Shown one piece after another: positions 10,801-20,392 of a DNA stretch of 64,000 bases. The notes under the pieces are model-generated. The model was given only the letters and a program-made list of their open reading frames with translations. It was not told the DNA's origin and did not search any database. The translations under genes were made by a program, and so were the position numbers. This stretch comes from Monocercomonoides exilis PA203. Taxonomy: Eukaryota; Protista; Preaxostyla. Location of the stretch: contig LSRY02000005.1 in assembly GCA_001643675.2 (NCBI GenBank), positions 1,054,001 to 1,118,000 of the forward strand. The letters run 5' to 3'. Each line of letters begins with the position of its first letter. The stretch's first letter is position 1.

Positions 10801-12743
10801 ACGCGAACTGTTCCGTCTGATGCGACTGTAGCGAACTCTGTGCCGTTTGGGTTCACAGACACATCGTACACTTTGCCTTCGTGCGATCTGTATACAACAC
10901 GATACTTTCCTGTTGTGATGTCCAGGATGCCGATTTGCCCTTCAACTGTCCCGACAGCAACAAGCTGCCGAGACGGCGAAGGAGAAAGGCACGTCACCCC
11001 GCTGGAAAGCGTGATGTCGATGTAGCACTCGCCAAATGTCAGCGGCCAGACAGATAAGACACCCTGTGATGATCCGACAATGCAAAATGAAGGCACAACA
11101 CCGACAACAGGAATAGAGTGGTCAAAAAGCGTAAAGCGGCATTCGACTTCTCTCTCATCCACATCGCAAAGCAGAAGCGATCCTTCCTTCGTTGCAACAA
11201 GCATCCTCGGATGAAACAATACATCGCTACTGATTTTGCTTTCGCTTTCTTCCTTCTTTCCTTTTCTACTTCCTGGCCTTGAACTTTTGCCTTTATTTGC
11301 ATTTTTCTGATTGGAAAGAGATCTGGGATCTGAAGAGTGCATGTTGATTCCTCCAGCGTCTGCCCCAGATGCACCTGCGGTACTGTCTTCTTCTTCAGCT
11401 TGCAAGTTCCTCCCAATAGGTGTTGGAATCATGCCACCAAACACATCTCCGCTGCTGGTTCCGATGATGTCCGGAGTCAAGAACACAAGGTCAGTAAAGG
11501 TCATTCTCGATTGTTCTTTCATTCCAATGCCCATGTTCTTGAGCTGACCGGCTTTTATACGCCAGAGACGCACATTTTGCGGACCGCATGTTGCAAAACG
11601 TGTCGAGTCGCCTGGAAACAGCTTGACTCTTGTCAAAGGAAACTGCGAAAAGCATCTTGCAATCAAGGTAACTTTCTTGGTTAGACGCACGCGAGACAAA
11701 TCGTACACTGCTATAGAATGCTTTCCGCTATCGTCACGTCCGATCAGCACAGCGCGCTCGCCGTTTACACAAACCGCAATATCAACTATTGAAGCCAAAG
11801 GAGGCGATTCTGCAGCTATGCACACACCCTGAGCTACGTCCCACACGCATAGAAGAGAAGGAATGACATGAGATGATTGAGACTTGAGAAGTGATTGAGA
11901 GTTGGAGCGAAGATGTGCTGATGTGTCTTTGTTGGAAGTGAAAGGAAGAAAAAGCGAATGAAGTGATGATGCAATTACTGAAGATTGTGTTGAAGAGCTT
12001 CCGCGAAGAATAGAATCCGACTCAATCGAAGAATTTCTGCGAAAACCAGAAGTATAGCATTTATAGAACTCATCTGGTATCGAAACAGCCGACTGCACTG
12101 AAACAATTAGCCCAGAATTTGGAGAATATCCCATTACAGTTATTGGAGCTGTATGACCACTAAGAATCCTCTGCGCATGTGTATCCGGTGCTAAAATTAC
12201 TATAGAAGACCCACTTGGAAATGCAATGCAATTATCAATCAACCATAGTATTGACGTTGGTGTAAATCCAATATGAGTTTCAAGATTCAATTTTGGAGAA
12301 ACACCCGAAAAATCTTGAAGCATTGCAGCAGAATTATCACAAGATAGCTGAGGAAAGGATCCCAATGGATACACAATGGACGATGGAGAACAATGAGAAG
12401 AACTATATTCTTTCTTTTCAAAAGATTGAGAATTCGAAGGAAACGCACAGCATCCTTTTTCTGAATTTGCCATGTCTTCTCCAGATTCACACATTTTAAT
12501 TTTTGTATCTTGAGTGAATTTCTTTTGAAAAGGAAGTGGTTGAAATTCTTTCAAAGGCTGTGATTGTTGCTGTTTCTGAAATTGTAAATGCTGTGGAAAT
12601 TGAGGCGATGTAGTTCGTGAGTTCCATTGTCTTAAAACTTGTTTACCATCTTTTGGTACTGTTGAAGTCGATATTTTATTTGTCGAAGATGAAGTTTTTT
12701 TTGTTGATAAGTTTGAGGAACTGCTTTTCTGTGATTTTTGCAT
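4812..12743 (-). CDS. WDR90: WD40-repeat protein, WDR90/POC16 centriole-protein-like (WD40 portion), intronless 2643-aa ORF
   Basis: WDR90-like blocks: LSGHTAPITVMGYS, GRDDSGKHSIAVYD, DSTRFATCGPQNVRLWRIKAGQLK..TFTDLVF, RSHEGKVYDVSV..FATVASDGTVRVWD, PQSFPGHYGIVTAAAF. The neighbouring gene encodes the WDR90-type N-terminal DUF667 domain. Confidence 0.8.
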   Translation of the reverse strand: MQKSQKSSSSNLSTKKTSSSTNKISTSTVPKDGKQVLRQWNSRTTSPQFPQHLQFQKQQQSQPLKEFQPLPFQKKFTQDTKIKMCESGEDMANSEKGCCAFPSNSQSFEKKEYSSSHCSPSSIVYPLGSFPQLSCDNSAAMLQDFSGVSPKLNLETHIGFTPTSILWLIDNCIAFPSGSSIVILAPDTHAQRILSGHTAPITVMGYSPNSGLIVSVQSAVSIPDEFYKCYTSGFRRNSSIESDSILRGSSSTQSSVIASSLHSLFLPFTSNKDTSAHLRSNSQSLLKSQSSHVIPSLLCVWDVAQGVCIAAESPPLASIVDIAVCVNGERAVLIGRDDSGKHSIAVYDLSRVRLTKKVTLIARCFSQFPLTRVKLFPGDSTRFATCGPQNVRLWRIKAGQLKNMGIGMKEQSRMTFTDLVFLTPDIIGTSSGDVFGGMIPTPIGRNLQAEEEDSTAGASGADAGGINMHSSDPRSLSNQKNANKGKSSRPGSRKGKKEESESKISSDVLFHPRMLVATKEGSLLLCDVDEREVECRFTLFDHSIPVVGVVPSFCIVGSSQGVLSVWPLTFGECYIDITLSSGVTCLSPSPSRQLVAVGTVEGQIGILDITTGKYRVVYRSHEGKVYDVSVNPNGTEFATVASDGTVRVWDTMLCARGALWNGKYRNKGRNEELENGDNSAENERVKGRAIGMGGCPEVFEGRWADDIPHSVAFCPLGPSALSATPSTTTTTAGPLMPFVQTSLLPSQPQSTQQSSSASGSAFTSTGQEQITSQQHVDRRGSQLLAIGFRSGTIILHDTALQTTIGKCCSVMTTIMKLLFDRVGRFLFAALMTGNLLVLESTQTTLFTKQVRIIESACSQQHPSLSVSVDNNWLASISADPTRVFLISLKNLQLVNAIRVCDPVFDVGRPSLLDEEVETTDRESKEKQSNSVSASSSLRTSSAGEKQRVKVGLKGKDSTRESLSKRGSSSNIDALIASGASVVSARMLRGSVGSSAALRSSSDEKRAVEEEQKKRTLPTQRLTKVMSVVDRKARSDQKKAEQADFDEACEEKAVCVAFDESPSNFLLIGTNKRVATFSIEGEKMGQKFNGVTTMCVRPGGKYLCSGVVEAAVVPVHGNERGSTSAVSSAAADISPPPSSLATGLPSNVMPGTEPATPAVDQLADGCKQLASGEDAPKLSQSPSDLLYDSADSDQSERGSQVTVGSVIIPNTYVQIAPLSSISPAFSLLTQPTQTGSSSGDSPLDRVPQSFPGHYGIVTAAAFTTDGNRLITAGSGGEINVWCVADELKPHDAQEKLKQKLEILDNERTAMLGERVKWANEEKEVIQLRKRMGGEKAADFEGEEQKSFEEGFLPAKKSAYEMDEEDELLTELQDDMQFDEQRMAEFSVGKDELPNDKEQLRPEVMNPAAQASSDEAMLDETIPAVSSSDTLPTPHPHSPPPPPLPADSLTAGHLEAEIKAAAAELDKQGKKLEEEMLWNVESDPHGSESEEADEENEPQYEREQPSENQMRCGKGLKDENLQSSDSEEAEEMVPDASNQEKIDSFEDEDDRYDVSKADKGEISAWDDDADLQVMKHQKTNSSKIKKTKPHPSVHIAKKTEIKKKTSSSANHKKQAEGGESSESTLYAPVAFASRQKHSHAVTASAIAQSTKSVSLPSARPRSAKSTTSSQQSQPRRVGVIRSPSQLPPPPSTASYRDETATSASPTSSLPSIPGYPLVPSTPTASPVWINGERCVFAAGKGTFPAVYDHSKKAYCLPTRSWMRPGASKMRGEVLKGIQNVLKRQKAPEFGSAESRERWQLRSNQFPQNVGVSSGSYNVQIHSTAFIPDCVKEPGRCLEPEELPATQPSSFWYSNGDRADSLEGIQRPASGGPALLNTAALLARTVRLSSIAVFPNPKSAGSPFDDQFNVKDVLSLNDSNNNILNEFNKRRGLLKKRSAHTIIVTGGEMPEAENGGFSTLSVWIYSRPIEELNDEQTDWQTLFGDQTSFTDSKRIGSRIPDYQKSLKHPHTDDMHQTQTSASEMPRSSTPPPHSDELSICSTEMSRSSLMQSVEDDLYSAENEAEENDSREPFIALACTVRAHRTGIRCIALSSITSIPFNPSKRIASLFERILSPIGKRGSALQSSSWSSEESQSVKPSYSLPPCLFAVSVSDNEERQVSLWLLRISDLAYHPVPINPNASLDDARSLSRPLLRLLSVSYAPHTTNSIIFQPPQEKTIFNKCDNSDEVFSGMPSSLSSGASSPSNVPSVAFCTGGEEGVDFWDVEWETDWEAVWRSLTTMSSIQVATRAHYREMRRIQEVQQQKMDLFFDKDRMRSEEKESGEYGPLSLAHLDNDEILSRLSEVVTKQELIDVIEEHTQFRLKLREGVCLGSDALKGSHVTSLCFTHSLNGERELAEERKRRRLLQKKQEEAMMEEAMGRPLEQEGMAAFVSPSYASILVASSQTLMRPPPPIPQYVRRFAIPSGSIALSRTSLDAPSISAPPLLFSGLDDGRIVVWDCETASVTQIISDMASSYICSIDSVVVDSLQPKQNEQAVDKFNMQSRNALFLIAEYSGRVSVWNQSERVICIKTNSSEKNDSRDIADDEENRKEEDCQKRVRTVTSFEMGSDATFPSGIKTSSFCGEKNRMFVGSATDCLYFMSIHQK

Positions 12744-13560
12744 GAAAAATTCTTTGATATGAATTATTCGAAGCTAAGAAACTTTTTGATAATAAAGAAT
12801 ATATTCCAAATGCTTAAAGTTTTCAACAGATTTTAAAAAAATCAAATTTTATGATCCAATAATCCCATCTCTGACAATTTCAAAAATTCGATCGAATCAG
12901 TTTGATTTTATCAAATAGAACAGTTATCTCTTCAAAGCAGTTTTAACTTGTTATATCAATATCATAATCACATTTCCAGAAATGTTGATTCTTTGCGCAC
13001 AAAGAACACTTTTTTTTTTAAAAAATTGAAAATAAATTTTTATATTTTTGATTTCTTAATTTTGTTTTCATAAAAAGTCATTTAAACAAAGAAAACGAAA
13101 AGTTGAAATATAACAAATGTATCGTAAAATACTTTGAAAAAAAAAACCTTTCCATTTCGATAAATTGTAGTGGTTTTTTGATTGAGTCAGAATCCTTTAT
13201 TATGAATTCTTTTCTCTTTCTGATAATTTCCAAAAAATGCCTTCTTCTGCTTTAAATGTTGGCTCTTTACAAATTCATTTACAGGATAAAAGCCTCTTTC
13301 ATTTGTACGTTCTCGTGGATAAAAATTGAGGCCAATCAGTAATAACTTCATTATGTGAGTTACCACCGCAACGCCATCAGTAGTTTAAATGCTCAAGAAA
13401 TTATATATGTGTAATTCATTGAAGATTCTCATAGAAATATAGTAATGGAGGCATTAACGCACGGCTCGTGTAATGGCTTTTGCACAAAAATTGTTTAAAA
13501 TACTTTGCTGCGCAGTACATTGTGCAATCAAACAAAGAAAAGTCTACAACTTTTTGAAAT

Positions 13561-15262
13561 TTACATTTTCTCGCTTTTTGAGAAGATTTTTGATTTTGAA
13601 TTTGATTTATTCTGTCCGCTTAACTTTCCTCTAGAAGTTGGCAAGTGGTGCGATTTGGCTGACGAATGAGAAGAAATAGTAGTAATCTTTATGGATCTTT
13701 TTTGCTGAACAATTACCCTTTTTTGGCTCGGTCGAACATTATGTTTTATGCCATTCGGTGCGGAAGAAACCGAATGTTTACTTACATTTTTGCGTGCTTT
13801 CTTTTTTTTCAATGTGCCGCTTGCTTTCTTTGTGCGCAATAATTGCTTTGATTCTGATTGGAAACGATGCGAATTAAGTTCTGTTGCTGTCGCAGATTTA
13901 GAAGAAGAAAGATGAGTCTCAAATGTCACTTTCTTTTGTTCTCTATGCTCATCTGTTTCGCTTTTGCGATCTTCAACAGATGGGCTCTCACGATCAAAAC
14001 AAAGTGAAGAACTTTGAACGCAACCTGAACTTTTAGGCAGAATCGAATGCTCATCGAAAGAACATATACCACACGTGGATGATGATCGTTGAGGAACAGG
14101 ACAAAATGTTGAGGTAGTATCAGAAGCATAACGAGGTAAAGATGGTGGATATTGTTGCAAGCAGAAATCATCCACTTGCTCACTTAGAGAATGAAACTTA
14201 ATAGAAGAAGACGAAACTGTGTGTTCATTGTGCAAGCTACTTTTTGATGAACCTCTTCCACAGGCAAACGGAATTTGGCAGTCGCAAAGCGCCTCACAAT
14301 CGGAATCAGATGTTTCATCTGACATGATAATCAAACAGCTTGGAAAAGAAATCCATTCGTAAACATCATGAAAAGACTTCTTTTCTGGCACGCGTAATAA
14401 AAACTCGAAAGGAAGAGTCTAAAATCACAAGAACATCAATCAAACAAATTGAATGCAGCACAAATAACATATCACAATTAGGTTAAAATGAGGATACAAA
14501 CCTGTGGTGTGTACTTATTATCGGAAGTGAATATTCCACCAACAAAAATTGTTGAGCACAATTGTAATGATTTCATTTGTGAGTACATTCGCGAAAAATA
14601 CATTTTGGAAATTTCCACAAGGTCAAGGCAAATCACTGTCCATCTTTCTTGACGAAGCATAATTGGGAGTGATAAAGAAAATTCAGTACTCTATTCAACA
14701 ATATCATTGTTCAATTATAAACTTTAAAAATAGTCTGGAAGAAATGGCAAACTTTTGGTGCAACAAAAAGATTTCCAAGCGTTATGCGATAGCAGAGTTC
14801 ATCATCTAAGATTATGTCAAAGTTCATCGAATAAGAATTCGGAGATGGTTTTGGTATTTTGCACTGAAAAAAACGATTAATTTTCCGTTAATTCAAAAAT
14901 AAGTCAAGCCTGGATATATATATATCTACCAGTTAGCCCAAGTGGTTTTTTAATGCTCGAAGGAGGAAACCTTATATAATTATTTGCAGAAATAGATCCA
15001 AATATTCTCAAGCATTTCTTTGAGAGTTGAGCATCCTAGAAATGTATAAATCTCACTAAAATTTTTAAGCATTCTGAAATAAAAATACCATCACTTCCGA
15101 TACATCACCACAATGAATTTTTTGCCCATTTGAAAACGTTTTTAATACGTTTACATAAGGAAGTTGCCAATCTCAAAAAGACATACAAAAAAATATATCA
15201 ATATTATTTTTAATTTAAATTCTTCGATGCTTTAATATAAAATACAAACGAGCTGAAAACAT
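13561..15262 (-). CDS. CFAP20/DUF667-domain protein corresponding to the WDR90 N-terminus; 6 exons
   Basis: Spliced translation MFSAHWQLPYVNVLKTF..GDVSEVMDAQLSKKCLRIFGSISANNYIRFP..LGLTGRYIYIQ..YRITLGNLF..RWTVICLDL..YSQMKSLQLCSTIFVGGIFTSD..PEKKSFHDVYEWISFP matches the WDR90 N-terminal pattern as I recall it. A basic low-complexity tail follows, ending at TAA 13561-13563. Confidence 0.85.
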
Positions 15263-15550
15263 CAAAAACAAAAATATTTAATTTTTTTATTCATATGAAT
15301 AATATAACATTTCTCCAAATGTGTTCATTTCTTGTTTCAATTTTAATAATCATATAAATATCCAAACTGAATTTCTTTCATCTGAGTTGAATCGAACCAT
15401 ATTTATTATTTTAATACTTATTTTTGTTCAACATCAAAAATAACGGAATCAGAACGGAAAATACTGGTAAATTTTCTATATACACTTAAAAATCAAGTAA
15501 CAAATATTATTTGTCCAATTTAAAAATGTTTTTGATTTTTACAAAAAAAG

Positions 15551-18178
15551 GAGAGTTTCTCGAAGGAAGAATTATTTCTTAATCGTGCCACAAAAAGTAA
15601 CTGTCCTTATAATTTAGCGTCCATACGGCTTCCTGTTTCTATTGAACGTTCAAAAGAATACGAATGTGCTAATGACCAGTTTAAGCAATCAACTTTTCTT
15701 CTTGATTCGTTATCGTCCTGTCCATTTCCACTAACTATTAGTCATTATTCCACAACTGCAAATACACCTTCTTTGTATAGTAAACGTTTTTTTACCTCGA
15801 CCATTAGTCGCTGCTGCGTATCTGTTTCTGAGGATATCACTCCAGCATTTATTTCTGGAAAAATTGACCAAACTCAGCAAAAACCGTTCACTGTTTTTGG
15901 AAATTCAGATTCATCATCTTCTTTTCCATCTGCTAAATCAGATCCACCATTTGAGATGTTTTTGACAAATGATTTGGAAAGGCCTAATAAGATTGACGAA
16001 AGAATTCCTTTGCAAATGAACAAACCAATCATCCATTCAAGTGAACCCAAAGCATGCCATTCAAAAAGTTTTAATAATCCATCTAAAGGTGATGAAGGTC
16101 CATTGATTTTTGAAGACGATTTCAAGAAGGATGCCGCTGAACAAAAAACTCGCAAACCATATGATGCAATAGTTATGGTTGGTTATGAAATGTTGAATGA
16201 ATTCAGATCGAAAATGACAGATGAAAATAATTCCAATAATGAAATACATAATTGTTCAAAAATACTTGAAGGATCAGAGAAAAAAAGCACGAACAATAAC
16301 TTCAATTTTGCTCCTGGAATTTGTGAATTTGCTTTCAACGACAAAATGGAAATAGAACAAGACAAGCCATTCAATATGGGCCAACAATGCAGTGCATCAG
16401 CGCTGCTGCAAACGTCAGATTCGTTATCATCTTATAAATCAACTGGATCTTTGGCAACTTCCATTTCTTCTGGATTATCTCACTCTTCTTCATCTTCTTC
16501 CCAGGCACTTGATCAGCATGTACTTGATGGAATCATCCATTGGAAGCCTTCTCAATTTGCTCAGCAGCAGATATGCAGCGATTCTGTATGCATCATTGAA
16601 GGGAAGAGGGTGAGCACATACTTGGAAGTGCAGAAAAAGCAAATGATGGAAAATTGGAAGAAACAAGAAATTGAAATGAAGAAAAAAATCGAAGAATTAT
16701 GCTTAAAAATTCATGATGGAAAAGAAGAAAAATGTGCAATGGAACAGTTTGGAGATGAGTATCACTCACAGGCACCTAAAACAGAGAACAAAAGCGATTG
16801 TTTGAGCGATGTCTCTGAAATTCAGTTGCTTCAAAGAAAAAAACAAGAAAAAATAGTGGAGACATACAAGAGAAAGATGCTTCGTAAACGAGTGAAAGAA
16901 GCAATTCGATTTTGGAGGATGTTTGATGTTTGGGTGAAGAACGATTGGTTTGCTGAAAGAGGAATAGTCGAAGGAGATGCTGAAACATACGAAGAGCAAG
17001 AATTGTGGGAAGCAGCGGAATCTGAAGAGCTTGGAAGAATGAGGAAACCTGCCAAATTCGAATGGGCTGAAGATAGAGATACGGAAGGAGTAACACTAGA
17101 AGAGATGAAGAATTACTTGAAGGGTGTAGATGAAAACGGAGCATGCGACAAAAGTGAAAGTTTAGAAATTTTGATTCGCAGAGCAGAAGACAGCATTAAG
17201 AAAGAAATTGAGCGAAACGAAAAAAGTTGTGTGGAAAGATGTTTTGAAATAAAACAAAAACGATTACTCAGAAAAACTGGAACAAGCATTAAATGGAAAA
17301 ATGTTAACACACTTATGGGAGAATCTACAGGGAGCAATGAACGTGATAAAAACGTTGTTGCAATAAATAAGTTTGACACTGAAAATGCTGATGCAACAAA
17401 ACCAAACGAATTGGATAAACAAATGGATAGAGGAATGCTTTATCAGTCTTCTGTTGCTGACTTGCATCTGAATGAAGACTTAAACATCAAAGGGCTGGTT
17501 ACCAGAGATGCGTTTGTACCAAGGAATTCGTTGTATAAGAAATTTGTCAATACTCAAAAAACTGCAACGCATGGCATTACCAATTGGCATAGCAATCTTT
17601 TCTCTTCATCAAGAATTACATCATTAATGAATTCTCAAAAGCAATCCTTATATCAGAGGCTGTTATGGGGACTTTTTTTGCCTCATGATTACGCATGCAA
17701 ATATGAGCACGTAAACTCTGAAAATCTTCTTAGAAATTTGCTTCGATTTCAAAATTCATTTGACAGAAAAGAATATTCGATTTCTCATATGCCTCAGATT
17801 TGGAAGCAAGATTTAGTTGAAATGTGCGATCAACTGCCTAACTGTGACTATTTACAACGATCAAACGAAAACTCTGATTACAACACAGCAATTTCTGTAT
17901 CATTTTTCTTATCTAGCAATTCTTTCACAAGAAAAAGAGAGAAACTGAAAGAAGACAAAAAGCGAAAAATAAAACTGTGTAGCATGAAGAATAACATTTA
18001 CAATATGAAAGAAAGACTATTTCACAAAACTCCACCACAGAAAAAATGGCTATGGACGTTCGACGAAATGAATCTGAGCTTCAAGAAGCAATGGAAAAAG
18101 TGGTTTTGGGGAAAAGGTACAGTGAGCCCTCCGTCTTTCGAGGAACACAAAAATCCTTTTAAATTATGTTCAAATTAA
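15551..18178 (+). CDS. Hypothetical protein, last large exon (>870 aa), with coiled-coil/charged central region
   Basis: The ORF-track frame (15773-18178) stays open upstream to an AG at 15549-15550. The 5' exons are unresolved and no family was recognised. Confidence 0.65.
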   Translation, partial: ESFSKEELFLNRATKSNCPYNLASIRLPVSIERSKEYECANDQFKQSTFLLDSLSSCPFPLTISHYSTTANTPSLYSKRFFTSTISRCCVSVSEDITPAFISGKIDQTQQKPFTVFGNSDSSSSFPSAKSDPPFEMFLTNDLERPNKIDERIPLQMNKPIIHSSEPKACHSKSFNNPSKGDEGPLIFEDDFKKDAAEQKTRKPYDAIVMVGYEMLNEFRSKMTDENNSNNEIHNCSKILEGSEKKSTNNNFNFAPGICEFAFNDKMEIEQDKPFNMGQQCSASALLQTSDSLSSYKSTGSLATSISSGLSHSSSSSSQALDQHVLDGIIHWKPSQFAQQQICSDSVCIIEGKRVSTYLEVQKKQMMENWKKQEIEMKKKIEELCLKIHDGKEEKCAMEQFGDEYHSQAPKTENKSDCLSDVSEIQLLQRKKQEKIVETYKRKMLRKRVKEAIRFWRMFDVWVKNDWFAERGIVEGDAETYEEQELWEAAESEELGRMRKPAKFEWAEDRDTEGVTLEEMKNYLKGVDENGACDKSESLEILIRRAEDSIKKEIERNEKSCVERCFEIKQKRLLRKTGTSIKWKNVNTLMGESTGSNERDKNVVAINKFDTENADATKPNELDKQMDRGMLYQSSVADLHLNEDLNIKGLVTRDAFVPRNSLYKKFVNTQKTATHGITNWHSNLFSSSRITSLMNSQKQSLYQRLLWGLFLPHDYACKYEHVNSENLLRNLLRFQNSFDRKEYSISHMPQIWKQDLVEMCDQLPNCDYLQRSNENSDYNTAISVSFFLSSNSFTRKREKLKEDKKRKIKLCSMKNNIYNMKERLFHKTPPQKKWLWTFDEMNLSFKKQWKKWFWGKGTVSPPSFEEHKNPFKLCSN

Positions 18179-18272
18179 TGTATTTTTTAAACCTTCGGGT
18201 GATTTATAAACCTGAATTGTTTTCATTTAATTAATCAAAAAAATTTTTTCCCCTAAGCAATCATGCGTTTGT

Positions 18273-18273
<1 letters not shown>

Positions 18274-18320
<47 letters not shown>
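18274..18320 (+). repeat. Poly(A) tract (47 nt)
   Basis: Read directly. Confidence 0.95.
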
Positions 18321-18322
<2 letters not shown>

Positions 18323-18342
18323 ATGTGATAAATTATAAACAT

Positions 18343-18548
18343 GGCTGATCCTTTTTGAAATCATACTTTCGTTCGAGTTTTGATCAAAAATTTTATCTCA
18401 ATGGGATTTATATGAAAATGAACTTAAACTGATAATACATATTGTTCATGATGTTGTTATTACAGAAACAAATTTTGACACAAATCCCATTGAGATTATA
18501 ATTTTGATCAAAACTCGAACGAAAGCATGATTTCAAAAAGGATCAGCC
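18343..18548. mobile_element. MITE with ~67-bp TIRs and 4-bp TSD (ACAT)
   Basis: GGCTGATCCTTTTTGAAATCATACTTTCGTTCGAGTTTTGATCAAAA... is mirrored by ...TTTTGATCAAAACTCGAACGAAAGCATGATTTCAAAAAGGATCAGCC. ACAT flanks both sides. Confidence 0.85.
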
Positions 18549-18559
18549 ACATTATCAAT

Positions 18560-19426
18560 GAGCTCGGCAAATTCGCATTATATCGGACATCGAAAAATTG
18601 ATTTAATTGTTGATAGAAATGTTTATTAATCAAATATATTCATGTTTCGGTTATATAAAAAGCGCGGAAGTTAGTCAAAATCAGGCTAAAAATTTTTCTT
18701 TTTCAAAAAAATATAATTGTGGGTTAATGAAAAAAGTTGAAAAATCGAAAAAATTGTCAACTGTAATGATTCATCTTCTCGTTCTGATGAATCTGCGCCA
18801 TTAGACAATCCCAAGCCATCACTTTTAGGATAAATTTAACAAATGTGATGTTAAAAAAATTAAAAAAAATGAAAAAAAGGAAATGTGCAGTTGGATTTGA
18901 ACCATTGACCATATTATTAATACAAGAAAAATCCTAACAACATGACCATTGCTTCACTCAAAAGGATTTTATTCAAAATTATTCTTTTATTTTTTTACCC
19001 TAACCCTAAAACAAAACAAAATTCAAAAAAGTTGATTCAAATTCAAACACTAACCCTAAAGCCACATTTGAAACGAAAATTGATAGAGAAATGAAAACCT
19101 AAAAAAAAAAACAATAGGTTTGTCAAATTTTTCCGAAAACTGTTTCTGTGAACCCTCTTCATTAATAAATGCAAAAATTCAATAAAAAACTGAAATTCAC
19201 ATTTGTCTTGAAAAAGCTATTAAAGAACTTTATCTGTTTTTCAATAACACAAATTAGGAATTGACCCAAAATTGTAATATTTTCGAAATATTTTTTGTTT
19301 TTTTAGAAAATGTTTTCCGCGCATTAAAACTATTTTTAAATTGAATGAAATACATATTAAAGTATGTTAGAAGCAAAAAAACAAGAATTTAGGTTGTCCG
19401 ATATAACGCGATTATGCCATGAGCTC
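18560..19426. mobile_element. Non-autonomous TIR element with GAGCTC termini
   Basis: GAGCTCGGCAAATTCGCATTATATCGGACA versus the reverse complement of TGTCCGATATAACGCGATTATGCCATGAGCTC. No clean TSD. Confidence 0.65.
18884..18958 (-). pseudogene. Degenerate tRNA-like / Pol III (A-box + B-box) sequence inside the TIR element
   Basis: The minus strand has the B-box GGTTCAAATCC, an A-box-like TGGTCATGTTGTTAGG and a partial acceptor stem GTGAAG/CTGCAC. The anticodon arm does not fold. Confidence 0.35.
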
Positions 19427-19863
19427 TCTCAACAAAATTCTTCTGATATTTTCATGTATTGCTTCTTTGTCGAAAGCATCATCATTCAAAATGTGGGATC
19501 TGAGAAATCTTCTTTTTCCTGACTTTTCATCAACAAAAAAATTTTTTTTCGAAATTATTAATGGAACAGTTTAAATCGTTGTGTGCATATTTTATCTTGA
19601 CCACAAAAATTTTTCTCATCCCTTTTTTTGAAATTTTCTGAAGCCTTTTTTTAGCTAAGCTAAGGTTTGAAACAAAAAATCAATAAGTTAACTTTTTTAT
19701 CATTATTATTTACAACTTTCTGTTATTTAATTTTTTGTTGATTTTTAGTTCATAAAAATTGTTATTATTTTTTCAATTTTAGTTCCCAGATCAAAGACTT
19801 GCTGGTAATGAAGTGAATGTTTTATACAAAATGTTAAAGCCACAACATCGCAATTCAACATTC

Positions 19864-20390
19864 ATATGATAAAAATTATTTTGAAAACTTCCTTATGTTT
19901 TATTTTCAAATAAAATAAAATAAACATATTTTCATTAAATTTTCGTTCACACTTATAAAACTTCACTGTCATAGAAATTGTGATACTGTTTTGGTTTTGA
20001 TATCCATTTAAGTGAAGTTTTTCAAACGGGAACAGAAATTTGATAAAAATATGGGGCAAAATATTTTTCTTCAGGCATTTTCATAGAAAAAATATGAACG
20101 TTTCATTAACTTTTTGAGATCAAAAAACATCATATAAACGTGTCCATTTTTTGACATTTGTGAAATATTGGAAAACTTGATGTTTTGATTTCAACGATGC
20201 ATGTAAACCGATCTGAAAATCAATTTTTTTTGAAATCTGAGAAAGTTTAAAAAATAGTTACAAGTGAAGCAATTTTTTCTACGCTTTGTGCAAAAACAGC
20301 TTGAAAGTCCGTATTTTCCCCCATATGAAAATTTTGTTTTTTTTTGAAAATTAAACATAAGGAAGTTTTCAAAAAAAAATAGCCATATAT
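19864..20390. mobile_element. Degenerate TIR element carrying the ~280-bp dispersed core module (20050-20330)
   Basis: TTTTGAAAACTTCCTTATGTTTTATTTTCAAA (~19879) is inverted at ~20342-20374 as TTTGAAAATTAAACATAAGGAAGTTTTCAAAA. The internal segment is similar to 50892-51170 and 58526-58800. Confidence 0.6.
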
Positions 20391-20392
20391 AT

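Noticed and set aside
15173-15184. Apparent ATG-TCT-TTT-TGA in frame with the conserved WQLPY (possible Sec or recoded TGA)
   Set aside because: It lies inside intron 15172-15249. The upstream exon ATGTTTTCAGCTC|GTTTGT splices in phase to give MFSAHWQ.
18274-18320. Poly(A) as evidence of a retrocopy or SINE tail
   Set aside because: No TSD or element body could be identified, and the upstream gene appears to have an intron.
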